A DNA stretch of 64,000 bases from an uncultured delta proteobacterium (GTDB lineage: Bacteria; Myxococcota_A; Polyangia; Fen-1088): the NCBI GenBank assembly GCA_963755125.1, contig CAVWIP010000007.1, positions 1-64,000 on the forward strand. Direction: 5' to 3'. Below, in pieces: positions 1-8,365 of this stretch; positions within the stretch are counted from its first letter, which is position 1, and every line of letters begins with the position of its first letter. The position numbers were made by a program, and so were the translations under genes. The notes beneath the pieces were generated by a model, which saw only the letters and a program-made list of their open reading frames with translations, did not search any database and had not been told where the DNA came from.

Positions 1-704
1 GCCAAGTCGCCCTTCTTGACCCAGATGGTTGCGTAGAAATAGCGCGCCCGCAGGTAGTAAGGACTGCTGGCGGGTATGGACTGGAACGCGGCCAGGGCGT
101 CGTCGAGGCGGTCACGCGAGTAGGCGGCCTTGCCGCGCACGTAGGGTACGGAGGGCTGCACGGATGCGGCGGGGATGCCACTCAGGAGCGTCAGATAGTC
201 GTCGACCCCGTCCATGTCACCGGTGCTCAGCGCGATCTCGATCAGCCGACCGAGCGCGGTCTGTTCCTGGCCAGACCCAGTGCGCTTCTGGATGGCTTGC
301 CGATAATAGTGCCGGGCCGAGTTCAGATCCTTGTCCTGAAAGCACGACTCAGCGAGAAGAAAGATAGCGTCGTCGTACGCGTGCGCACTGGGATAGTTGT
401 CGACCACGTCCAGCAGGACGGTGGCGGCCTCCCGGTAGTTCTTCAAATTGAACAGCAGCTCCGCGTCGAGCAAACGTCGGTCGGCCAGGTTCGGGTCCGC
501 GACCGGTGTGTCGCGGAACTCCGTGGACAAGACCCGCACCCGCTCTTCCAGATCCACCAGACGGCCATTCGCCTCCTCGACCTCACCGGCTCGGGCGCGC
601 GACGCCACGAGCGCGAGAGGCAAGAAGGCCGCCACAAGGAGGGGTCGCCGCACAGCGCACTCGCCCAGGGAGAGGTGAGGCCCGAGCCGTCGAGAATGCC
701 GCAT
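1..704 (-). CDS. Exported tetratricopeptide-repeat protein (partial, runs off window start)
   Basis: Not in the ORF track; translated by hand. ATG at 704 with GGAG upstream. MRHSRR...LLVAAFLPLALVASRARA resembles a signal peptide, followed by TPR-like helices (YREAATVLLDVVDNYPSAHAYDDAIFLLAESCFQDKDLNSARHYY). Frame stays open to base 1. Confidence 0.8.
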   Translation of the reverse strand, partial: MRHSRRLGPHLSLGECAVRRPLLVAAFLPLALVASRARAGEVEEANGRLVDLEERVRVLSTEFRDTPVADPNLADRRLLDAELLFNLKNYREAATVLLDVVDNYPSAHAYDDAIFLLAESCFQDKDLNSARHYYRQAIQKRTGSGQEQTALGRLIEIALSTGDMDGVDDYLTLLSGIPAASVQPSVPYVRGKAAYSRDRLDDALAAFQSIPASSPYYLRARYFYATIWVKKGDL

Positions 705-729
705 CCGGGGGTCTCCAGGAACGTTGGCC

Positions 730-1461
730 TTACTTCTTGGCAGCCGGGGAACCGCCGGCTTCGGGCGTGACCAGATTGACCCGGAACTCGACTGCGGGCT
801 TGTCCTCCATGTTGGTCGCGATGCCGCCTTTCTCGTAGCCCACCACGACAACCACAGTGGCCTTATTGTCGGCCGCCACGAAGGTGTGGCTGGAACTGGC
901 CTTGAACTTGTAGCCCTTGAGGTAGCTGAACACGCCGAATCCATAGCCCTGGTAGATGAACTGCACGGTCAGGGTGTGGCTTCCTGGCTGGATGGCACCG
1001 TTGTAGATGTCGAACTCGGTCATCTCGGAAAGGCGGCCGGTGTCATCCGCCTTGTTGAAGATCTGGACGCCGTCCAGTGCATAGACTGCCTTGATGAGGC
1101 GGAACGATGCGCCCATCTCGTTCTTGTGTTTGATGACACAGCGGGAAGCCCCGATGACGCCACCCAGAACCGTCTCCTTGAGCAGATTGAGGCGCGCGCG
1201 CGTGCGGAAGACCTGCTCCTTGAGATCGTTGACGTTGCGCTCAAGTGCGCGCAGCCGCACCGTGTAGGCCCCGCCCTCGGCAGCAGCGGCCGGGGCCAGC
1301 GTGGCCGCTTCTGGCGGCGCCCCCATTGGCGATGGCGCTGTTGCTGCGGCCGGAGCCTCGCGTGGCGCCGCTGCGCTGGTCGTGTCGGCCCGCGCAGGCT
1401 GCGCCCAGCAGGCAGCAGCTAACAGCAGAGCGGGAACCCCCCAGGTTCGTGGACTTGTCAT
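730..1461 (-). CDS. Exported protein of unknown function (signal peptide, Ala/Pro linker, coiled coil, beta-rich C-terminus)
   Basis: AAGGAG 7 nt before ATG. Signal peptide LLLAAACWAQPARA; coiled-coil LRALERNVNDLKEQ; 25 bp upstream of the TPR gene. Confidence 0.8.
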   Translation of the reverse strand: MTSPRTWGVPALLLAAACWAQPARADTTSAAAPREAPAAATAPSPMGAPPEAATLAPAAAAEGGAYTVRLRALERNVNDLKEQVFRTRARLNLLKETVLGGVIGASRCVIKHKNEMGASFRLIKAVYALDGVQIFNKADDTGRLSEMTEFDIYNGAIQPGSHTLTVQFIYQGYGFGVFSYLKGYKFKASSSHTFVAADNKATVVVVVGYEKGGIATNMEDKPAVEFRVNLVTPEAGGSPAAKK

Positions 1462-1630
1462 TTCATAGCTCCTTGTGAGCCTCTCAAATCTCGCGGTACT
1501 ACACCCTTGCTCCCCACGTTCGTGGCAGAGAGTATCCTTGTATAGCAGGCAGCTTCAAGCCCCGTCAAAAGGTACATGACATTCGCGGAGTTACCTGCCG
1601 TTGGGCTGTCCAGCGGCGGGCGCCATCCTA

Positions 1631-2713
1631 TCAGATACTCGGGTCGCGCGCGATGCCGTGTCGCGATGTCGGCCCCGAGGGGGCGTCCCCGGAGGCGAGC
1701 TGCGCGGCTCTTGCCTTTTCCAGCGCGCTCCACAGGACCGCGTGCAGGCCGGCGATTCCCTCGCCCGTGGCAGCGCTGATAGCCAAGAGGCGCAGGCCCC
1801 GCCGGGCAAACAGGCGCTGCAGGGCGGGGAGTTTCTTCCGGGTCGCAGGCAGGTCCAGCTTGTTGAGGACCACCACCTCCGTGCGTCCGGCCAGCGCGGG
1901 ATCGTACAAGGCCAGTTCACGCCGCAGAACCTGATAGTCGCGTAGTGGGGTCCGGCCGGGGGCCGAGTTCAGCTCGAGCAGGTGAACTAGCACCCGCGTC
2001 CGCTCCAGGTGCCGCAAGAATCGAAGTCCGAGACCAGCACCCTCATGCGCGCCCTCGATGAGTCCGGGCACGTCTGCGACCACGAACGACCGATCGTTCG
2101 ACAGCCGGACCATGCCCAGGTGGGGAATCAGCGTGGTGAATGGGTAATCCGCGATCTTGGGACGAGCGGCGGATATGCGGGCGATGAGGGAAGACTTCCC
2201 CACGTTGGGAAAGCCCACCAGGCCCGCGTCGGCGAGCAGTTTCAGCTCCAGCCGAATCACGCGCTCCTCGCCTGGCTGTCCCGGCTCGGCCCGCCTGGGC
2301 GCGCGATCAGTGGCTGTCGCAAAATGGATGTTGCCGCGTCCGCCCTTGCCACCTGCGGCCACCACGAAGCGCTGGCCCTGTGTGCGCAAGTCAGCCAGCA
2401 GCTCGCCTTTGGCATCGTCGTAGACCTCGGTTCCGGTGGGCACCCGCAGCACCATGTCCTGTCCCCCGCGGCCGTACTTGTCTTTGTTGCCGCCGCGTTC
2501 GCCCGCGGGCGCTTGATACTCGTGGCGATAGCGAAAGTCGAGAAGCGTCGACAGGCCTTCGTCGGCCACCAGGATCACGCTGCCGCCGTCGCCGCCGTCG
2601 CCGCCCGCCGGGCCGCCCTTGGGAACGAACTTCTCACGTCGAAACGCCACCACACCGTCGCCGCCGTCACCGCCACGAACGCTCACCCGTGCCTGGTCGA
2701 CAAATGCCGTCAC
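1631..2713 (-). CDS. obgE: GTPase ObgE/CgtA
   Basis: Gly-rich Obg domain (GGDGGDG, FRREKFVPKGGPAGGDGG); G motifs GFPNVGKS, YPFTT, DVPG, NKLD; follows rpmA. Confidence 0.97.
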   Translation of the reverse strand: MTAFVDQARVSVRGGDGGDGVVAFRREKFVPKGGPAGGDGGDGGSVILVADEGLSTLLDFRYRHEYQAPAGERGGNKDKYGRGGQDMVLRVPTGTEVYDDAKGELLADLRTQGQRFVVAAGGKGGRGNIHFATATDRAPRRAEPGQPGEERVIRLELKLLADAGLVGFPNVGKSSLIARISAARPKIADYPFTTLIPHLGMVRLSNDRSFVVADVPGLIEGAHEGAGLGLRFLRHLERTRVLVHLLELNSAPGRTPLRDYQVLRRELALYDPALAGRTEVVVLNKLDLPATRKKLPALQRLFARRGLRLLAISAATGEGIAGLHAVLWSALEKARAAQLASGDAPSGPTSRHGIARDPSI

Positions 2714-2760
2714 AGAAGCACTCCCGACTCAAAAGCCGGACCTGCGACGGAGGGTCGCGG

Positions 2761-3012
2761 CTAGGCCGCCTCGATGCTGACCCGCTTGCGGTTGCCTGAT
2801 TGGCTGAACTTCACCTTGCCGGTCTTGAGGGCGAAGAGTGTGAAGTCGCTGCCAATGCCGACGTTGCGGCCGGGGTGGAACACGGTCCCGACCTGCCGGA
2901 CCAGGATGTTACCTGCCAGCACGACCTGGCCGGCGTATCGCTTGACCCCGCGGCGCTGCGACTGCGAATCGCGGCCGTTGCGGGAGCTGCCCTGCCCTTT
3001 CTTGTGTGCCAT
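2761..3012 (-). CDS. rpmA: 50S ribosomal protein L27
   Basis: [16 protein letters not shown] signature. Confidence 0.99.
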   Translation of the reverse strand: MAHKKGQGSSRNGRDSQSQRRGVKRYAGQVVLAGNILVRQVGTVFHPGRNVGIGSDFTLFALKTGKVKFSQSGNRKRVSIEAA

Positions 3013-3018
3013 GGCTGC

Positions 3019-3336
3019 TTACGCTCCTGCCTTGATGGCCGTGATCTTCAGGGCCGTGAACGGCTGGCGGTGGCCCGTCTTGCGCCGGTACGACTTGCGA
3101 CGCTTGTACTTGAAGACGATGATCTTCTTGCCCCGACCCTGCTCCAGCACCTCGGCCTCGACCTTGATGCCGCTGACCTGAGGCTTGCCGACCTGAACGT
3201 TGCCGCCATCGTCAGCAAACAAGAGAGGCACGAAGGACAGCTTTTCGCCCGGAGAGGCAGGCAGCTTCTCCACGCGCAAGGTTTCCCCCTCGGCGACCCG
3301 GTACTGTTTTCCTCCGGTCTGGATGACGGCGTACAT
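3019..3336 (-). CDS. rplU: 50S ribosomal protein L21
   Basis: [14 protein letters not shown]...GHRQPFT signature. Confidence 0.99.
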   Translation of the reverse strand: MYAVIQTGGKQYRVAEGETLRVEKLPASPGEKLSFVPLLFADDGGNVQVGKPQVSGIKVEAEVLEQGRGKKIIVFKYKRRKSYRRKTGHRQPFTALKITAIKAGA

Positions 3337-3362
3337 GTTTCAAGCTCCCGAGCGAGGCACGT

Positions 3363-3390
3363 AATCTAGAGGAGTTTCTCCGGCTGTCAA
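3363..3390 (-). promoter_or_regulatory. Putative sigma70 promoter of rplU-rpmA-obgE
   Basis: Minus strand TTGACA (3390-3385), 16-nt spacer, TAGATT (3368-3363). Confidence 0.65.
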
Positions 3391-3402
3391 GGGCGTGTCC
3401 AC

Positions 3403-4730
3403 CTGACCGCCTATCAGATCGAGCCCGAAAAAGCTGGATCATTTCGATCACTTACGAAATAGCGTGAAAAATAAGTGGAAAAGGGCCCACGGGTCCTCCG
3501 AAGTTTGGTTTTTGCCAACTAAACGCAGGAGGTTTCCCCGTGAGCCCAGAACGAACCTACCCATTTCTCAGCGACTTGCTCGACCCTTTTCATAAGGCGC
3601 GCCGCAGAACGCTGGGTCTGATCATCGCCGCCATCGCCGCCACTGGTCAGGCTCGCTCGTTCGCCATCGCCACGACTCTGGCCGGCTGGCTGCGGACCAG
3701 GCTGGACAGTGCGGTCAATCGCTTCTACCGGCTGCTGCGCAATGAGCACGTCGACTATCTTGAATTCGCCACGCGGTCGCTGGATTTGCTCGCCCGTCGC
3801 CCGGATCGGCATGTCCTGCTCGCTGTGGACTGGACCGAATGGCACCATGACTTGCGCCTCCTGGTCGCTGCCATGGTCACCGGCAAGCGGGCCATCCCCG
3901 TCTTCGTTCAAGGTTGGCGCAAGTTGATCCGAGATCGCTCGCAGAATACCCGGGAGAATACCTTCCTGCGCTTCCTGGCCGACGTCACCCGTCGGGCGGG
4001 TGTCACCGCGACGATTCTGTGCGACCGCGGATTTCGTCGCGCGAGTTGGCTGGCGTTGTTGCAGACGCTGCGCTTGGGCTTCGTCGTCCGTTTGATGGCC
4101 GATGTCTACGTCGAGCTTGAGCCTGGTGTACGTCAACCATTGGAGGCCATTCTCCTGCAACCAGGGCAGGTGCTCGATCTCGGCGTGGTTCCGCTGCGTG
4201 CCGACGGTGTTGTCTCGGTTCGCATCATCGGATACTGGGCTCCTGGTGCTCATGAACCGTGGTGGGTCGCCACCAGCGAACCCGGTTCCGCCAAGCAGGT
4301 GCTGGCGCTCTATGACCGCCGCATGACCGTCGAGGAGCAATTCCGAGACACGAAAGGCCGACGTTTCGGCGCCAAGCTCTTTTGGACCCAGTTCCGCGAC
4401 CCAGTGGCCCTGGCCCGCTTCGTTAGCCTTCTGGCCGTAGCCCTCTTGATCTGGACTCTGGTGGGCATCACCGCCGCGCTGATCGATCCCTCTTTGCGCC
4501 TGCGCTGCAAACGCAAAGGGCCTCGTCAGTCCTTCGTCACCATCGGCATCAGAGCCTTGGCGCTCGGCACATTCTCCGCGCGCTTCGACCGCCTCTCCGT
4601 GCCCCTGATTCTCGAACCACCCACCATGCGTCCTCTGCGTCTCCTGGAGGCGTCCAAATGACGTTATCCACAGGCATTTCGCGGAGTTCCCGCACCAATG
4701 CCGCACTTTTCGCCAAAGATCAACGGTCAG
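3403..4730 (+). mobile_element. IS4-family insertion sequence (IS10/IS50-like ends), 1328 bp
   Basis: Left end CTGACCGCCTATC (3403-3415) and right end GATCAACGGTCAG (4718-4730) form a 10/13 inverted repeat. Flanked by a 9-bp direct repeat CGTGTCCAC (3394-3402 and 4731-4739). Confidence 0.93.
3540..4661 (+). CDS. IS4-family DDE transposase
   Basis: VDWT, CDRGF and YREK motif YDRRMTVEEQFRDTK; AGGAGG before GTG; ORF intact. Confidence 0.93.
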   Translation: MSPERTYPFLSDLLDPFHKARRRTLGLIIAAIAATGQARSFAIATTLAGWLRTRLDSAVNRFYRLLRNEHVDYLEFATRSLDLLARRPDRHVLLAVDWTEWHHDLRLLVAAMVTGKRAIPVFVQGWRKLIRDRSQNTRENTFLRFLADVTRRAGVTATILCDRGFRRASWLALLQTLRLGFVVRLMADVYVELEPGVRQPLEAILLQPGQVLDLGVVPLRADGVVSVRIIGYWAPGAHEPWWVATSEPGSAKQVLALYDRRMTVEEQFRDTKGRRFGAKLFWTQFRDPVALARFVSLLAVALLIWTLVGITAALIDPSLRLRCKRKGPRQSFVTIGIRALALGTFSARFDRLSVPLILEPPTMRPLRLLEASK

Positions 4731-4851
4731 CGTGTCCACTGTCCCGCGATAGCCGCAGGCGGTCGTGGTCGCGGCCACGACGGGCGCGCGCGAAGCGCGC
4801 GGGGGCAGGTGGGGTGGGCTGTCCGTCCCGAAGCCCCCGAAGGGGGTGGCC

Positions 4852-4893
4852 GACGGTGACACGGACAGCGACGGTGACGGCGAGGTCAACGCC
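4852..4893. repeat. Degenerate hexamer repeat (GACnnn) preceded by small GC hairpins
   Basis: GACGGT GACACG GACAGC GACGGT GACGGC GAGGTC AACGCC. Hairpins GCGCGC-GAA-GCGCGC and CCCCC-GAA-GGGGG lie just upstream. Confidence 0.55.
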
Positions 4894-6160
4894 CGCCCGT
4901 GCGGATACTCACCGACCGCGCGTGGGCGGCCAGACCTTCCACCTCCGCCAGGGCCACGATGTCGTCTCCCTGTCGCGCGAGCGCGTCAGCATCATATTCA
5001 ATGAAGGAAGTGCGCTTGGTGAAGTCGGTCACCCCAAGAGGAGACGCGTAGCGCGCGCTGCCGCCGGTGGGCAACACGTGGCTCGGCCCCGCGAAGTAGT
5101 CGCCCACCGCCTCGCAGGCATGATGGCCCACGAAGACCGCTCCCGCTGCGGTCACCTGATCGGCCAGCGCGGCAGCGTTGGCCAGCGCAAGCCCCACGTG
5201 CTCGGGTGCCAGCCGATTGACCAGAGCGATGGCTGCGGCCGCATCCTCGACCACGAAGGCCACGCCCTGATTGTCGACCGCCTTGCTCGCTATCTCTCGC
5301 CGCGGGAGCGTTGCCAACTGGCGGTCCACTTCCGTCGCCACCGCCTCGGCCACCGCGCGCCCGACCGCCACCAGGATAGGAACCGCCAGCACGTCGTGCT
5401 CGGCTTGCGCGAGCAGATCCGCTGCCACCCAGGATGGATTCGCGCTGGCATCAGCCGCGATCGCGACCTCGGTGGGGCCCGCGATCATGTCGATGCCGAC
5501 ATCGCCGTAGACCAGACACTTGGCCGCGGTCACATAGGCATTGCCTGGCCCGGCAATCTTGTCGACCCGCGGAACTGTCTCGGTGCCATAAGCCAAGGCG
5601 GCGATCGCCTGCGCGCCACCCAGGAGGAAGACCCGATCCACACCGGCCTCCAGCGCGGCGGCCAGGGTCTCGGGCGACGGACCCGGCGTGGTCATGATGA
5701 TCTGGCGCACACCGGCCACCTTGGCCGGGATCGCGGTCATCAATACAGTCGAGGCGAGGCAGGCGGTGCCGCCGGGAATGTAGAGTCCCACGCGTTCGAG
5801 CGGCGTCACGCGGCAGCGCAGCCGAACTCCGGGCTCGGTCGATTCGTAGGCGCTCGGCTTCTCGCGCTGATGATAGGACCGGATGCGCGCGGCGGCGTTG
5901 GCCAGCGCCCGCCTGACCGGCAGGCTGACTCGGCCGGCCTGCTCCACCCAGTCCGGGCGCTGCAACTCGATGGCGTCCAGTTGGCGACGTTCGAACCGCT
6001 CGGTGAACTCGCGCAGGGCTCGGTCACCCTGCCGCCGAACCTTGGCCACGATCTCCGCAACGCGGGTTTCGATGTCCCTAGGCACGGTCGTTCCCCGCCC
6101 AGCGAGAGCCGACAGCCTCGTCTCGTAGTCCGGATCTTGCGGGCTCAGGATGCGTAGCAT
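4886..6160 (-). CDS. hisD: Histidinol dehydrogenase
   Basis: GLYIPGG, GGAQAIAALAYGTE, IAGPGNAYV, IDMIAGPTE, DLLAQAEHD, GDYFAGPSHVLPT. Start re-placed at ATG 6160 (MLRILS). Confidence 0.97.
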   Translation of the reverse strand: MLRILSPQDPDYETRLSALAGRGTTVPRDIETRVAEIVAKVRRQGDRALREFTERFERRQLDAIELQRPDWVEQAGRVSLPVRRALANAAARIRSYHQREKPSAYESTEPGVRLRCRVTPLERVGLYIPGGTACLASTVLMTAIPAKVAGVRQIIMTTPGPSPETLAAALEAGVDRVFLLGGAQAIAALAYGTETVPRVDKIAGPGNAYVTAAKCLVYGDVGIDMIAGPTEVAIAADASANPSWVAADLLAQAEHDVLAVPILVAVGRAVAEAVATEVDRQLATLPRREIASKAVDNQGVAFVVEDAAAAIALVNRLAPEHVGLALANAAALADQVTAAGAVFVGHHACEAVGDYFAGPSHVLPTGGSARYASPLGVTDFTKRTSFIEYDADALARQGDDIVALAEVEGLAAHARSVSIRTGGR

Positions 6161-6385
6161 GAACTCAAGGCTAGCAGAGCAAACCGCGGCTGGGGCGCAA
6201 ACCGCCGCCCCGCGACCGCGGGCCAAGCCAACCCTCCAAGTGCGCTGGGGAGCGGCGTTGGCCGAAGCCGCGAGCCTGGTCTTTCAGTCGGCTCACTTGG
6301 CTGCGCGGCGCTGGGCGCGATACTTCTTGATCAGCGCCTTGGACACCTCTTTGTGCTTGGACCAAACCATGCCAAATTTGATTCC

Positions 6386-8365
6386 ATGTTGAGGTCAGAG
6401 CCCGTTGCGCGCGGAGGATTTCTATCGCTGCTGAAGACTGGTGACGTGCGCGCGTTGTTTGCGCGCTACTCGGACATAGCCCTGGCTTTGCTGGTGGCGG
6501 TGATTGTCGGGATGATGATCGTTCCGCTCCCGACCTTCGTGCTGGATCTGTTCGTCACACTGAACATCGCCGCTGCGGTCAGTCTGCTGCTCGTCGCAAT
6601 CTACGTGAGCGAGGCGCTGCGCATTGCCACTTTCCCCTCACTGTTGCTGATTACCACCCTGTTTCGACTGGCCATCGAGGTGTCGGCCACCCGATTGATT
6701 CTACTGAAAGCCAATGCCGGGCAGGTGATTTACGCTTTCGGGAATTTCGTGGTGGCCGGCAATCTGGTGGTGGGAGCCGTGGTCTTCCTGATTCTCACCC
6801 TGATCCAGTTCATCGTGATTGCGAAGGGCTCCGAACGGGTGGCGGAAGTGGGCGCCCGTTTCACCCTGGACGCCATGCCCGGCAAGCAGATGTCCATTGA
6901 CGCCGAACTGCGCGCGGGCCACATCGACCACGCGGAGGCACGTCGGCGACGCGCCTTGCTTGCGCGCGAATCCCAGTTCTTTGGGTCAATGGACGGCGCC
7001 ATGAAGTTCGTCAAGGGCGACGCGATTGCGGGAATCATCGTGCTGCTTACCAACATTGTGGGTGGCCTAGTCATTGGAATCGTCCAGAAGGGAATGGACC
7101 CAGTCGCGGCGGCCAAAACCTACACTCTTCTCACCATCGGCGCGGGGCTGGTGTCACAAATCCCCGCCCTGGTTATTTCAACCGCAGCCGGAATTATCGT
7201 TACCCGCGTTTCTTCGGAAGAGGAGGGCAGCCATTTGGGCAAGGACATCAGCCGGCAGATTCTCGCGCAGCCCAAAGCGTTGGCCATTGCGGCCGCGCTA
7301 CTTGGGCTTTTGGCCATGGTGCCTGGCTTGCCCACAGCGCCCTTTGCCGTGCTGGCCGCCCTGCTCGGCTTGGTCGCCTACCGAATTATTCATCTGGACC
7401 GTCTGGCTGCCCAGAGGCCGGCGGGGGCAACTGTCGTTCCAGAATCGCACGCCGCTGGCGCGCAAGCTCCCGCGCCTCTGTTGCTGCCCATTTCGATCGA
7501 GCTGTCGAGCGTGCTGTCGCAATCGCTCCTGCGCCCGGGCAGCCCGGATCGAATGGAGTGCGAACTCTTGCCAGCTGCGCGCGAGCGTTTCTTCTCCGAA
7601 ACCGGCATTCCGCTGCCCGCAATTTTCTTGCGTCGCAACACCACAGGTCTGGCCGCGGGCGCCTATGTGCTGCGCCTGCAGGAAGTCCCGATAGGCCGGG
7701 GTGAAGTTGTCCCGGGTTGCGGCGCTCCCGAAGAAGTGATTGTCGCTCACCTGCTGCAAGTTCTGCGGCGCTACGGTCACGAATTCATCGGCATCCAGGA
7801 AACCCAGTCACTGCTCGACCAACTCGAACGCACGCACCCCGCGCTGGTGCGGGAGGTGGTGCCTAAGCTCGTCTCCTTTGCCCTGCTCGCCGAGATTTTG
7901 CGCCGTCTGGCTGCCGAGGGTATCTCGCTCCGCAGCTTGCGCGAGATCCTGGGCGCACTGGCCGAAGCGGCGCCCGCCGATTCTGACCCGGTGACGCTCA
8001 CCGAGCGTGCGCGCGCGGCCCTGCGACGCCAGATCACGTTCGCCCACGCGGCTGGATCAGGCGTCCTTCAGGCCTACTTCCTGGACCCAATGATCGAGGA
8101 CACTGTGCGCGAGGCGATCCAGCGCACCGCAAGCGGCAGCACGCTCGCGCTTGAGCCCGAGCTTGCTTCCGACATCGTCAAGGCCGTGGGTCGCGCGGTT
8201 GCTGACAACTCGGCGCCGGTGATTGTCACCACGGCCGATATCCGCTGCCACGTGCGCCGCCTGATCGAGAGCGAACATCCCGAGGTCGCCGTGCTCTCGT
8301 ATCAGGAGATTGAGCCCGACGTGAAGTTGCAGCCCCTCGGCCGGATCACGGTATCGGAGGGTTAG
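6386..8365 (+). CDS. sctV: Type III secretion export-gate protein, FHIPEP family (SctV/LcrD-like)
   Basis: About 8 TM segments. KGSERVAEVGARFTLDAMPGKQMSIDA and ESQFFGSMDGAMKFVKGDAIAG (MDGAMKF is SctV-type; FlhA has MDGASKF). C-terminal VLSYQEI. Exact start uncertain. Confidence 0.9.
   Translation: MLRSEPVARGGFLSLLKTGDVRALFARYSDIALALLVAVIVGMMIVPLPTFVLDLFVTLNIAAAVSLLLVAIYVSEALRIATFPSLLLITTLFRLAIEVSATRLILLKANAGQVIYAFGNFVVAGNLVVGAVVFLILTLIQFIVIAKGSERVAEVGARFTLDAMPGKQMSIDAELRAGHIDHAEARRRRALLARESQFFGSMDGAMKFVKGDAIAGIIVLLTNIVGGLVIGIVQKGMDPVAAAKTYTLLTIGAGLVSQIPALVISTAAGIIVTRVSSEEEGSHLGKDISRQILAQPKALAIAAALLGLLAMVPGLPTAPFAVLAALLGLVAYRIIHLDRLAAQRPAGATVVPESHAAGAQAPAPLLLPISIELSSVLSQSLLRPGSPDRMECELLPAARERFFSETGIPLPAIFLRRNTTGLAAGAYVLRLQEVPIGRGEVVPGCGAPEEVIVAHLLQVLRRYGHEFIGIQETQSLLDQLERTHPALVREVVPKLVSFALLAEILRRLAAEGISLRSLREILGALAEAAPADSDPVTLTERARAALRRQITFAHAAGSGVLQAYFLDPMIEDTVREAIQRTASGSTLALEPELASDIVKAVGRAVADNSAPVIVTTADIRCHVRRLIESEHPEVAVLSYQEIEPDVKLQPLGRITVSEG

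Noticed and set aside
3519..4889. 456-aa minus-strand ORF over the IS
   Set aside because: Antisense shadow of the transposase; it crosses the IS boundary and has no motifs.
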